Shown here: piece by piece, positions 13,143 through 24,087 of the stretch
How the letters are laid out: the number at the start of each line of letters is the position of its first letter
Position numbering within the stretch: the stretch's first letter is position 1
Assembly (NCBI GenBank): GCA_030704615.1
Contig: CM060731.1
Location: 78,554,001-78,618,000 of the forward strand
DNA: 64,000 nt
Reading direction: 5' to 3'
Origin: Takakia lepidozioides
Taxonomy: Eukaryota; Plantae; Bryophyta
Made by a program: the position numbers and the translations under genes
The notes under the pieces: model-generated
The model's database searches: none
Told to the model about the DNA's origin: nothing
Seen by the model: only the letters and a program-made list of their open reading frames with translations

Positions 13143-13290
13143 CTATCCCAAGCAATGTGGACATAACCAATCTCCAACAGAAACCATCTCAAGAGGTGGT
13201 GTCAAGCATCCCATGTGCCAACCTCTTGAGCATCGATCACACACCAGCATAGTGGCGGCGCCACGAGCATGCCCACATAGCATGCAACGC
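13143..13290 (-). pseudogene. PHD finger (C4HC3) at the integrase C-terminus
   Basis: CMLC...MLVCDRCSRGWHMGCLTPPLEMVSVGDWLCPHC in ORF 13143..13523. Confidence 0.9.
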
Positions 13291-14505
13291 AATCCTGCAG
13301 GTACCACTACAAGGTTGGGATCTATCCTCCCATCCACATGTGGAAGGTGACATGGCGCACAATTACGCACATGGTTCTTCCATACCATGCCATCTCGACC
13401 CTCCAGAATTAACAGTCCTGAAGGCAACACCTCCCTGACCCTTAGAATCACACGTCCTGCTGTGACATCCAAGGTCGTAGGCGCTGTCTGCTGCAGATAC
13501 ACATTACTGCAGCCTACCTGCAAATAGACGCAGGCAAATCTGGCTCTCGGCCAAAGAGAAGGAAATATGGTGAGAAGGAGGCAAGTGATGCTTGCTTGCT
13601 AAACCTGTAGCCCATGGCTAGCCAAGGTACTTGAAGATCCCAATCTCCTAGGTGTCCCTTTTGCAAGCCATACTTGCGCAAACCCCTCTTTACCGTCTGC
13701 ACCACTCTCTCTGCCAAGCCATCGACCTCAGGATGATCCCGAGAAGTGCTACGGTGGTCTATCAAGGCTTTATCACACAAAGCCTGAAACTCCCCCAAGA
13801 ACTCTCTCCCTTGGTCCGTGAGTACCTCAGCTGGAGCACCGAATCGGCTAAGCACACGATCCAGGAATGCATACGCAGCCCCCTCACTAGCCTTGTCAGG
13901 CAATGGAACCAACTCAATCCACTTGGAGAAGTGCTCCACCATCACCAACACATATCTGTGGTGGCGCATCGTCAGTGGCAACGGCCCTGCGAAGTCAAGA
14001 CTCCACCTGTAGCCCAATCCTATGATGGGTAATGGATGCAACTGTGGTGTAGGGGCGTTGAATGAAGCACGCACCCTGTCACACACCATGCACCTAACCA
14101 CGAACTGTTGCATCTTTGTGTGCATACCACGCCACCAATACTGCCCATGCAGTAAACTATGAGTGCGTCGCACTCCAAAATGCCCCAACTCCTCATGGGC
14201 ATGCCGCACTAACTGTGCACACTGTGTTGGGTGAGGCACGATCCTCACCCGACCATCCTCCCACACTCGAAATAGGTGTATCCCCTCCCACTGAATCTCT
14301 TGGCTCATTGCAGGATCTGATCCCTCTCCTTGGCAGTCACACTAGCTGTCGTGTCTCCAGTGCGGAGGTAGTCCAACACAACCGAATCCTCATGTATATC
14401 TCTGGCACCATCTGGCTCATCACTAGCCTCAGGGTCCTCAGACACTCTGTCTACAGTCATCCCTGTTGTAGGTCCAACCTGACCTCCCGATGCCAAGATA
14501 CACAA
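13291..14505 (-). pseudogene. Retrotransposon integrase (HHCC zinc finger plus DDE core), disrupted
   Basis: HEELGH...CMVC; WSLDFAG...TDQG...LAERVV in ORF 13514..14308; frame breaks near 14305 and 13515. Confidence 0.93.
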
Positions 14506-14589
14506 AAAGGCAGATGCATGTCATCCCGACACCATCTCCTCGTCCGTCTCACCATGCCACCGAGCTCCAGTGTCATCTACTGGCTTGTG

Positions 14590-14712
14590 CATGGATTGCG
14601 ACTCAATCCATCCGCATCCCTATTGACCAAACCCGGTCGATGCACAACCTGAACATGTCTTTCATGCTCCTCCACCGTAGCACGAGAGGCAAAGCAATTC
14701 CTGTAAGCCTCA
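14590..14712 (-). pseudogene. Fused remnants of pre-RT linker, RT and RNase H
   Basis: One frame reads EAYRNCFA-SRATVEEHERHVQVV-HRPGLVNRDADGLSRNP: a pre-RT motif, the helix that follows YxDD in RT, and the RNase H C-terminal ADxLSR motif. Confidence 0.75.
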
Positions 14713-15109
14713 GGAACCGCCGTATACGTCGTCTCTCTCCTCTAGTGACAATGGATCCAATGTCAGGCTCCCAATTGCCCTTCGTAACTACAACCTTAAG
14801 TCCAGCAGACTTAGAAGTAGAGGACGCGTCCCGTGGTTGCTATGCCGCAACCTCTTGAGCAGTACTCCCTGCCTACTCAGTCAATGACAAGGCCTCATCC
14901 TGCCCCATCATCTCATCCTTGAGGACCTCCTCAACCCGAGAAGAATCCCAAACCTCATCCATCACAGCCGCCTTGGCTGCCAACTCCCTCTGAACCTCGA
15001 GCACCTCCCACGTGTGCCATGGATGTCTACACCCCGTGGTCTTCACCGGCTCGCCCCCACTCACTACCTGTACCATCTCGGTAGGCAGAGAGACCGTCAA
15101 GGGAAGTGC

Positions 15110-16160
15110 ACTCCTCACTCTACGTTGCTCAGCCATAGCCAAGCTGATAATCCAGGTCAAGCAATTTAGATCCATCGCTTGCCCCAATACCTGACGACAT
15201 GATGCCTCAGAAAGAGGAGGCACCGCCGTGGTCCCAGTGGAAAAACCCATAGCCCACTCTCGCTCGTCGGCATTAGGCTCCACTAACTGCTGCTACTGAG
15301 CATCCCACAGGAGGCCGGGTCCACTATCCCGGAAAGCATGCGATCTTGGGAAGCTGAGCAGTGTACGGTACTGTTGTTCGTGGTCGACCCACCTTGTTAA
15401 CCACTGCCAAAGGCGGACGATCATCGTGTCTCACACGCTGAGACTGCCTCCCTGTGTCCAAGATGCTATCAACTGTGAGGTGTGCTGGTCGCTGCACCCC
15501 ATCAAATGCACGCTTAAGCAGTGCGGGTGATTTAGTCCACCATAGCCGTGGACGATGAGCCCGTGACCCCACTGCAGCTGCATCCAGCAACACTGCTGAC
15601 CCAAGCCACGACCGGACTTGATGCACACTGGCCATCACCCTGGCCCGAGAATCGCCCATCAGTGGCACATTCTCCAAGATGTATGCTGGAGATACAACCT
15701 GATAAAGCTGTGAGTGGCTTAAAACTTGCACCATCTCCCAAAACAGACCCGACCTCGAGTCTCGCAATCCATTGCCATGCCTAGCTGATGAGTGCCCTTG
15801 GCAGGGCCAACCTGCCACTACCAAATCAATGGAGCCAACCCGCTCCAAATCCTGCGCCCCCAGCAAAGAAATGTCTACTGACAAGGCCTGCTGATATCCA
15901 CGAACCGCATACACCGGCAACAACTCAGGGTACTGCTGCATCAACAGAGCAACATGACGGAGTGAGACGCGTCGTGCGGTCTCATCCCTCTCCACATACA
16001 AGTAACGCCGTACTCGTACACTTGCCTGTAGAACAGCAGCCAACCCAGTGTTGATCCCGCCAAACAAGTCCAGAAGGCAAATGCCTTCATCCAGACACTG
16101 CCACACGATTAGTGTGGTGTCCAATGATGACAACTGAGGTGGTCCTGGTGCAATCCCCGC
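15110..16160 (-). pseudogene. C5-cytosine DNA methyltransferase domain within the retrotransposon pol (copy A)
   Basis: Motif I LDLFGGI, II YVE, IV DLVVAGWPCQG, V GLRDSRSGLF, VI ILENV, VIII AHRPRLWW (ORF 15324..16217); motif IX EREWAMGF and X LGQAMD (ORF 14873..15283). One frame break. Confidence 0.93.
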
Positions 16161-16374
16161 ACTCTCCTCTCTCCTGACGATACAAAAGCCTCTACCCAGG
16201 CTTGTTGCACACGACAATCAGCAACCCGCTGCAAATCCTTGCTCGAGCCCCACAATGGAGTGTGAGCAACCATGGCAGGCAACTCCGCCATACCATACAT
16301 GTCATCCTGCTCTCCTAGAGGTGACACATCCTCTAAATGAGTGTTGCCATTCAACAACTCTCCAGGCCAACTCA

Positions 16375-19300
16375 CACTACAACAGATGAGCGTTTTTATG
16401 ACTGCACATATGACTATTTTTTCAGTCCTATATGCGTTCATGACTACATCACTCTATAGTGAAAAAAACCCTGTCATAGCGACTAGTCTTTAGGACTGCA
16501 TTTTGCAAGTCATAGCCGTGACTGCGTGCGTGGCACCTGGAGTCATGCATAAGAGAGTGATGTAGTTACAACTCTATAACTTACATACGACTAACTATAT
16601 GACTACATTGTCTGGTGAGCGTTGCCTACATGGAGAGGCTTTAGAGGAACACGTGTACCACTGCGCAAGTGACACGTCACGACACCTGTTGCACTTCAGA
16701 TGTGACATGTGGCACTTAGACATAATATATGACTAGCATATATGGCAGGGTTTATGCCACGTGTCATCAAGAATGTCTCTGAAAATAATTTAATAGTTAT
16801 ATTTGTAATTTTAAATTCTTAAATTTATATTTTATTTTTGAAAACAGGGAATAGCAGCTTGGAATTTTTTTATTAAATGGTATTATTGTTTAATTTAATA
16901 ATGTTATATAAAATAAAAATAGATTAAATGATTTAAATTCTTCATTATATGGTGAAATTCTGATATAAAAACAGAATGGACCCCTCTTGCATACTAGCAA
17001 CCACAAGGACATTCAAAATAGACAAGTACAGGGAAATACACGCCCTGTAAATTATATTACAAAAATCCAAATGAGACCAATGTCCCAATGGACACCTCAA
17101 AGGCCACAAGGTCCAAAAATCCATGCCTGAAAAGGTCCAGTAAGTAAAAAATAAGCAACCCCACACATGGGCTGAATTGTTGTAATACTAGTTTGTTCTG
17201 GTGCTACTAGAATCAAGGACCCTATTAAACAGTGCAATACTTACGGCCGATTTGATAAGAGGGAAAAACAAGGTGAAATGTGTTAAAGAAGGTGCCTTGA
17301 TTAACAGTGCCTGATTTGATCAATTGTGCCGCTGCTGCTGCGGCTTCCAGTTGACCATCTACCCATGCAGGTTTCTTGTACCTATCCTTCCACAGGGAAT
17401 CATAGGTAATATGGAGCTTGAAATCCGACCATCTTGGATGAATGTGGACCCACACATCTATCCCTGCTCCTTCAACTATCCATGCCCCTGCACAAATCAT
17501 GCATACATCCTCGCCTTGCTGCTAGCAGCTGACAATGACAGCCAAGTTCTATGACCCAAACCGAGAGTGAGCACAATGGCTTTGTAAGGCCAATGCCTAC
17601 AGGGCATATTCAATACTACAATGAGGATACGCAAGCAGCAGATACCATGTGTAAATAAAAAAACAACAAAGGTGGTGAAGGTGCGCAACCTGCCAAAGAG
17701 AGGGCGGAGTTGAGGAAGGATGAAGCAACTACAGACATTGCGAAATGCTCTGATGCGGACAGAAGGGAAGACCCAGGCCTTCTGGCAAAAGAACAAGCTG
17801 CTGACAGCAACAACATGGAAGCAGAGTGGATACAAGTTGATTTTGACAAACCTGAGTCCATCAGACAAGGCATTAGAAGGCCCAAACAAAGAACACTGTC
17901 TAAAATCTGTAATAACATGAGACACAGTCGTCACACACTAACCCAACATGGGTCTTGGCAAACTTTCAGCAAAGCTGAAACAATCACAGAAGCAAAAAAA
18001 GGGGCAGGACCTCAAGGGAAGATGTATGGAGTACCTTTTGCAGTGATCAATGAGTACGTGGAAGGAGGAGAAGCTTACCCATTGCCAAGCACGGAGTACA
18101 TGATGCAACCAACAGCACAAGTATCATGTCAGTTCACTCATAATGAGCTGGAGGCACTGGATGAGTTGGACGAGATATACCATATAAGTGATCACACTCC
18201 AATAAGACTACAACAACACCCCACATCAACATGTTGACACGGGGAAGTGCAAAGAAGGCCAAAATAGGGGATGGGATGCCTATTCTGCAGAAATCCAGCC
18301 AAGACATCAAGGATTTAGGGCAAAAACATGGATTTGGTGAAGAAGAATGCATTGGCATGGACAACATCTACAGCTCAGCAGGGTTTGAGCGCCAACCAGA
18401 GATATTCATGGGAGAGGGTGACAAAAGCGAGGAAGAAGCCAAAACACAAAGCCTTGACACATTCACTGAAGACTGGGCAGACAAACAGATAAGAGAAGAC
18501 AACTCGCAAGAAACGGATAAGAGGGGAAAACAGGGTGAAATGTGCTGAAGGAGGTGCCTTCAGTAGAAGTGCCTGACCTTATCAATTGTGCCGCTACTGC
18601 TGCCGCTTCCAGTTGACCATCTACCCATGTAGGTTTCTTGTAGCTATCCTTCCACAGTGAATCACAGGTAATGTGGAGCTTGAAATCCAGCCCTCTTGGA
18701 TGAATCTGGACCCACACTCTATCCCTGCTCCTTCAGCTATCCATGCCTCTGACAGCCTAGAATTCTACCAGCAAACACCCCAACCATACTGGTGTGGAGT
18801 TCTTCCCCAAAACACCCCAACCCTACTTATCACAATCTGAAATGCATCTGCTTCTCTCTGTAGTCCAATAGTCATTCGCCTTTTTGTCTCCATTGTCCCA
18901 CCATTGACTGGGGTCGGAAAGTGTTCACCCCAAAGCTTCTCCTCACCTCTATTATATGTTTTTGGATACTTCCATGCTGCCACACTGGTAGTAACTTGCC
19001 AAAGTCACTCCAAACCACCACAGATCTACCCAACGACCTAACTTACAGAATTCAATATGCATCTTGCGGACGAGTATGATGAGAGGGCAACACAGGCTGA
19101 AATAGGTTGAAGAAGAAGGTACCCTACCACATTGTCCTTGACCTGTCCTGACCCATGGAGGATTTGACCGACCATCAACCTAAAATGACCTCTTGTGTGT
19201 GCTGCTTGTGTCTGTAGTCAGGTAATGTCGGATCGGTCTGTGAGATCGAACCACTACGGCCTAGCTGAGTAGTCAGAGATTGAAACACGCATGCTAAGAC

Positions 19301-19903
19301 CAAGCTGACTTTCCCAAGAACGGCGAGCTCGCTTCTCCTCGTCTCGTCTCCTCCTCCTCTTCTCCTTCGTGCATCATTTGCTCAACGCCTCCATCCCACG
19401 CCCCTGCATATCCTGCTATCATCGCGTTCCATCCCTCGGCTATGTGGTGTGGCGCAGGAGACAAAAAAACGCCAAGTCCCAGCCCTCATTTCTGTTCACG
19501 ATTACCCTAATGGGCAACCTTATTAACAATTTTTTAACTTTTTTAAACCTAATGGGCAACCTTATTTGCATTATATGTGCCTTCAAAATGACACGTGTAG
19601 TGATGTAGTCGTATAAATAGAGCTGTGAAACCATCTTCAGTCATGGAGTCATAAGATTCCATGAAACGTCGTCCACGTGTAGTCAAACATATCACACTAG
19701 TCATATAAACCATCCCTGTCATCATGGTCAACAATGTTTGACCAATGCTCCCTAACTTTCCGGAGTCATGTAGTGATATCCATTACTACAAAGTCATAAA
19801 ACTATGATTGCAATGCATTTCAGCGCTCTGTAGTCATCTACCTAGTGCAGTTTTTATGACTCCGCCAAAGCCGTAGTCCTAAAAACGCTCATCTCTTGTA
19901 GTG
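16375..19903. mobile_element. CACTA (En/Spm) DNA transposon, non-autonomous, inserted in copy A
   Basis: 29-bp TIRs CACTACAA(C/G)AGATGAGCGTTTTTA(T/G)GACT; 3-bp TSD TCA; subterminal TATGACT/AGTCAT motifs. Removing it restores ...DAVSWPG, matching AAVSWPG in copy B. Confidence 0.95.
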
Positions 19904-20960
19904 TCACTGCATCTATGAATGCTGCCAGTATCGGCATCTTGCCTCGCTGGGCAACCGCAACTCCTCCTATGAACGTCACAGGGAGCTGCACACGCCGGCC
20001 CTCCCCTGACTGCCATCCAGGCCTATAGGAAGCCGACTCCTCCCAAAAATCCAGGGTGAAGCCCATGGGGTACAACATTGCCCCACCAACAATAACATCG
20101 TACGAGACCGCATCTATCACAATGGCCTTGGCTCTTATCACTGAGCCATCTGTAGGATGATCCGGCTGTAGTCCGATAGCCAACTCACGCCGTGTAATGC
20201 CTCAAGCCTGCTCTGATCCTCCCAGAGATGTCTGTATCTGGAAAGGACACGGCTCCATATCCGCCTCCATGAGGCCCAAGCCTGCAATAGCAGCTCTGCC
20301 CAGCATCAATGGCTGAGCTCCCGAGTCCAACGAGACCCGTAGTGGCCAGTACCTCTTGCCTGCCGGTCCACTCAAATATAAAATGTCATCCTGGTTATCT
20401 AACATGACAACTCCAGGTGTCACCATGGCGCGCTTAATGGCTGGCCTAGCTGGCAGCTCCATCAACCTAGTAGCTATAGCTTGTCATGGCGCCGCCGTGG
20501 TAGTCTTGACCCTCACATCCGAGGATCCCTCCGGCACTACACCTCCCACTATCTCCGCAGAAGATGAAGTAACCTCCCCACTCTCACAGAGTGTGGCTGC
20601 CAGCCTGAATACCTCAGCTGGTCTTACCCCCGGCGTCGCAATCATGGTAGCCGAGAACAATGGAGCCTGGCACACAGCTGTGGCCGCCCCCAACAGCACA
20701 CTAGCTGTCGTAGCTTTGGCAACACTAGGTAGTGGTGTTGCCCGTGTAGCTCTCCCCAATGGCATAGTAACCTCCGCCTCGGTAACAGTCGAGCGAGAAC
20801 TAGGTGCCATGGATGGCGTCGACATTGTCTCCGCCAATGTGAATGACTGAGGAAGCCTGGCCTGACGGCTTGCCTCCCCACGCTATGGATCCAACTCCAC
20901 CTCCGCACCCCGTGGCTCAAGAACTCGTGCTGCTCTTCGAGTCACTGCCGCAGCTGACTC
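19904..20960 (-). pseudogene. Gag-pol linker and aspartic protease (copy A)
   Basis: VSLDSGAQ active site and YDVIVG in ORFs 20202..20465 and 19854..20183; colinear with ORF 62143..63417. Confidence 0.9.
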
Positions 20961-21119
20961 CACTTGCACTAGTGGTAGTGCTGCCCGGCACTAGTGGTAA
21001 TGGTGCCCCACCCATAGTGGTAGTGGTAGTGGTGCCCCACCCATAGTGGTAGTGGTAGTGGTACCCCTCACTAGTGGTAGTGGTGCCCCACCCATAGTGG
21101 TAGTGGTAGTGGCACCCCT

Positions 21120-22685
21120 CACTAGTGGTAGTGCTGCCCCGCACATGAATCCCATGCCTCCCATATCTCCTCCCTCAGGAGCAGGAGGTGGACCATCCGG
21201 CCTTGGAGCCGGTACCACTTGAGCTGTGGCCATGGCAGCGAGCCTCTACTCTAGCTGCTGAAGCCGATTGGCCATGCCTTGGTCACCACCCTGACCTCCG
21301 CGTCCTTGGCCATGTTGAGCTTGCCCTTGGCCTGCACGTCGTGCCTGGCCACCTCGTCCTCTCTAGGCTACTCCACCTCGCCCCCGGCCACCATTGTTCC
21401 CTTGGAACTGGCCTGGGTGCAACTCAGGATGCAAACCATAGCACTGGGCCTCTCCATGCCCGTACTTGCCACAATGCCTAAACTGTGCAGGTTGTGCCGG
21501 TGCCAAACCATTGCCTCCCTCTGGGCAATCCTTCTTGATATGAGGTCCTCCACATGTCCAGCATACCACATCCGCCCATTGTTGGCTTACAAATGAAGGG
21601 AGCGACCCCTGCATCTGAGGTCCTCTCTGTCCTTCCCTAGGCTTCACCTGAGCCCCCTTGTTGCCTTGAGTACGTTGAGGTAGTGGCTGGCTAGGAGCAC
21701 CACTATCCCGTGGTGCCTCCTTAGCAAATCCCACCATGACCACTCGTTCCTCCACCATGTTGAGCTCTATCCGCTCTGCCAGCAAAAACACATTTGCTAA
21801 GGTGGGTTGGGCCGCTTGTAGGAGAGTTGCATCCTGCACCCTTCTCCTCAGCTCCTTGTCCAATATCCTATACCAGAACTGGACTGCCTGAGCTTCTGTA
21901 ACTCCTTGGGTTACATTTATCAAGCGCCTCATGCAAGTGAAAGCCTCCCTCATGCTCTCAGTAGGCTTCCTCTGGAACTCTTGCAAGCTCCTCAACTTCT
22001 CTGTCCTCAACCCTTGGTAGTTCATTCTCAACTCTTCGAAGAACTCCACAACAGGGTTGAAGGCAGGCACCGCCACTGGTGCTGGTGCAGCAGTAGCTTG
22101 GGTGGACGTCGTAGCCTCTGTACCACTAGTCCCACTACTGCTCGTGGAAGCTGCTGTTGTAGCTGCTGCTGCTGGTGCAGCTGCCGGTGTGGCTGCTGCC
22201 CTTATTCCTCTAGTGCCTCTAGTGATGGAGACATAATCGGGTGACCAGTACATCCTCCACTCCTTGATCTCAATATTATGCCCCTGCCTAAACTCATGGC
22301 AATCATCCATGGGCGGTCCCTCAAGGTGCTGAAACAACCCCTTCCATGCCATAAAAGGCGTAAACAATTGTGGATTGCGCATTTGCTGCAAGTCACACCA
22401 ACTATCAAACTCTTGAATGAAATCATCCAACTCAATGGTGCCCACCGCCCCAGAGTACATACGTGGCCCCTTGGTGGCTCCATACATCTCCTCGATTGTG
22501 TCCCACAACAATGGCAAGGAAACAACTTGCACCGCCGGTGTGAGTCCTCTTGATTCACAATCCGAATCAGAACCTTCCGTAGAAGACACAGGAGGTGAAG
22601 GTGGCCTAAACCGCACACCTCGTCTTGTATACCTGCTAGTATCGCTAGTGCTCGTACCGACACTTTCCCCAGCAACTAGTGGCAC
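21120..22685 (-). pseudogene. Gag with two zinc knuckles and an RGG-rich tail (copy A)
   Basis: ORF 21363..22685: capsid-like region, CWTCGGPHIKKDC and (C>F)RHCGKYGHGEAQC. The premature TAG corresponds to CAG in copy B. Confidence 0.88.
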
Positions 22686-23757
22686 CTCCGTGTTGACAAA
22701 CTGACACTCAACTAGTCATGAACATGTTTCTAACCCCCTCTCCACAAGGTAACTGGGTAGAGAACCTGATGCGACTTATGGTTGGAATACTAGGTTCATA
22801 ACATAGCCTGCACCTGCACCTGCATTCACCGCAGACACTCCTATGGTTGGCTGGTCATCACCTCCAACCTCACCACAGGAGAAACAAAGATGGTCTGACT
22901 AGTCATCAACCCAGCCTCACCATCGACAGCATACTCTAGGGTTGGATCGGCGATCAAGCCCGAGTCAACTACCTATAAAATCAAGCGCCCACACAAAACT
23001 AGCATGGCGCACAATCAAGCATGCAGGTGTGGAGGGGATCCAAACACAAATCTGAAAATACGCACCTTTACAAACTTGGTGCACTTGCACTTCTCATGCA
23101 TCTCCCTTGGCTCTAGGGCGCCTCGTTGCTGCCCTTCTAGCCCCGCTCTTGCCACTCCAAGAGCCCTTACACTGCTGAGTTTCAGATTGAAACTCCAACT
23201 CAGCACATGCTTCACAAGTGCACTGATTTGCACACAAGAGGGACCAGCCCCCTCTCTTCACATATACCTCTTCATGAGCTTGGAGCTGAAGCTCCCAACG
23301 GACTGCGATGCATCCCCTCGCAGCTCCACCATTCGGCTGCTCCTCATCTACCCGCAACAACTAGTTTTGGGCAGAAATACCTGGAGCTGATCATATCATC
23401 TCCAACCTACAACATGCTAGCTTCCCATGCGCAGCCCACATTCCTTCAGCTCCTTAACTCGGCCTGCAACTGAAGAAGACGACCACCAGTTTGCCCACTC
23501 GTGGCCAACATCTCCTCCGCTTCACACTAGAAGCCCAAACTTGGTTGCCATAGCGTTGAGCTATGCAACGCCGCTCTTCAACAGAGGCTACCCGTCTCTC
23601 TATCCATGGCAAACCTGCAACCTGTTCGCCTTTGCACTCTATCCGCTTTGGATAGGCTCATGCACGGCTCCCTGCACTCTAGGTTGAACCGCTTCTCATG
23701 ATCTAAAAACACAAGTGCTACAACTAACTCGAACCTGGCACTCACAGACTCGAGCTG

Positions 23758-23769
23758 ATCTTTCTCGAG
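23758..23769 (-). promoter_or_regulatory. Putative self-priming primer-binding site of copy A (CTCGAGAAAGAT)
   Basis: Directly abuts the 5' LTR, lacks TGG, and is complementary to LTR positions 23924-23935. Confidence 0.75.
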
Positions 23770-24087
23770 TGATAAAGAAAGAGAATGATACAAACACACA
23801 AGCTCTCTCAAACTCACATACTTGCACATGAAAACATCACTCATATATTAAGTCGAGCCAAATGCACCCCACGCCATGAGGAATCCACACCACGGCGCCA
23901 TAGCTAGACGCGGTGAGGCTCAACTCGAGAAAGATGAGCCCACCGCGATCTGCCGTGAAGATAACAACGCCAGGTACCCAAACATGTATTGGCCCCTGGA
24001 TTGACACTTGGGTCAATCCCAAATGTCAATATATGAAAGCTAGTTATTTCCTAGCTAACTTCACACTAGTGGTAAAATAACTTGACA
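23770..24087 (-). repeat. 5' LTR of copy A
   Basis: TGTCAAG...CTTTATCA, followed by the PBS-position sequence and a leader to gag. Confidence 0.92.

Larger units (their letters stand above)
12339..24087 (-). mobile_element. Copy A: Ty3/gypsy-order LTR retrotransposon, gag-PR-DNMT-(deleted RT/RH)-IN-PHD, degenerate, with nested CACTA
   Basis: Two similar ~317-bp LTRs in direct orientation; domain order read from ORFs 21363..22685, 20202..20837, 14873..16217 and 13143..14308. Confidence 0.9.

Noticed and set aside
15110-16217. Bacterial restriction-modification methyltransferase or contamination
   Set aside because: The domain is embedded in a gag-PR-IN polyprotein between LTRs, occurs in two copies, and sits next to a spliced plant gene.
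20356-22704. Plus-strand ORFs opposite gag and PR (also minus-strand ORFs at 61186-63907)
   Set aside because: Antisense shadows of GC-rich coding sequence; no independent evidence.
23740-23769. Canonical tRNA primer-binding site
   Set aside because: No TGG after the LTR in any of the three copies; the sequence pairs with the LTR itself.
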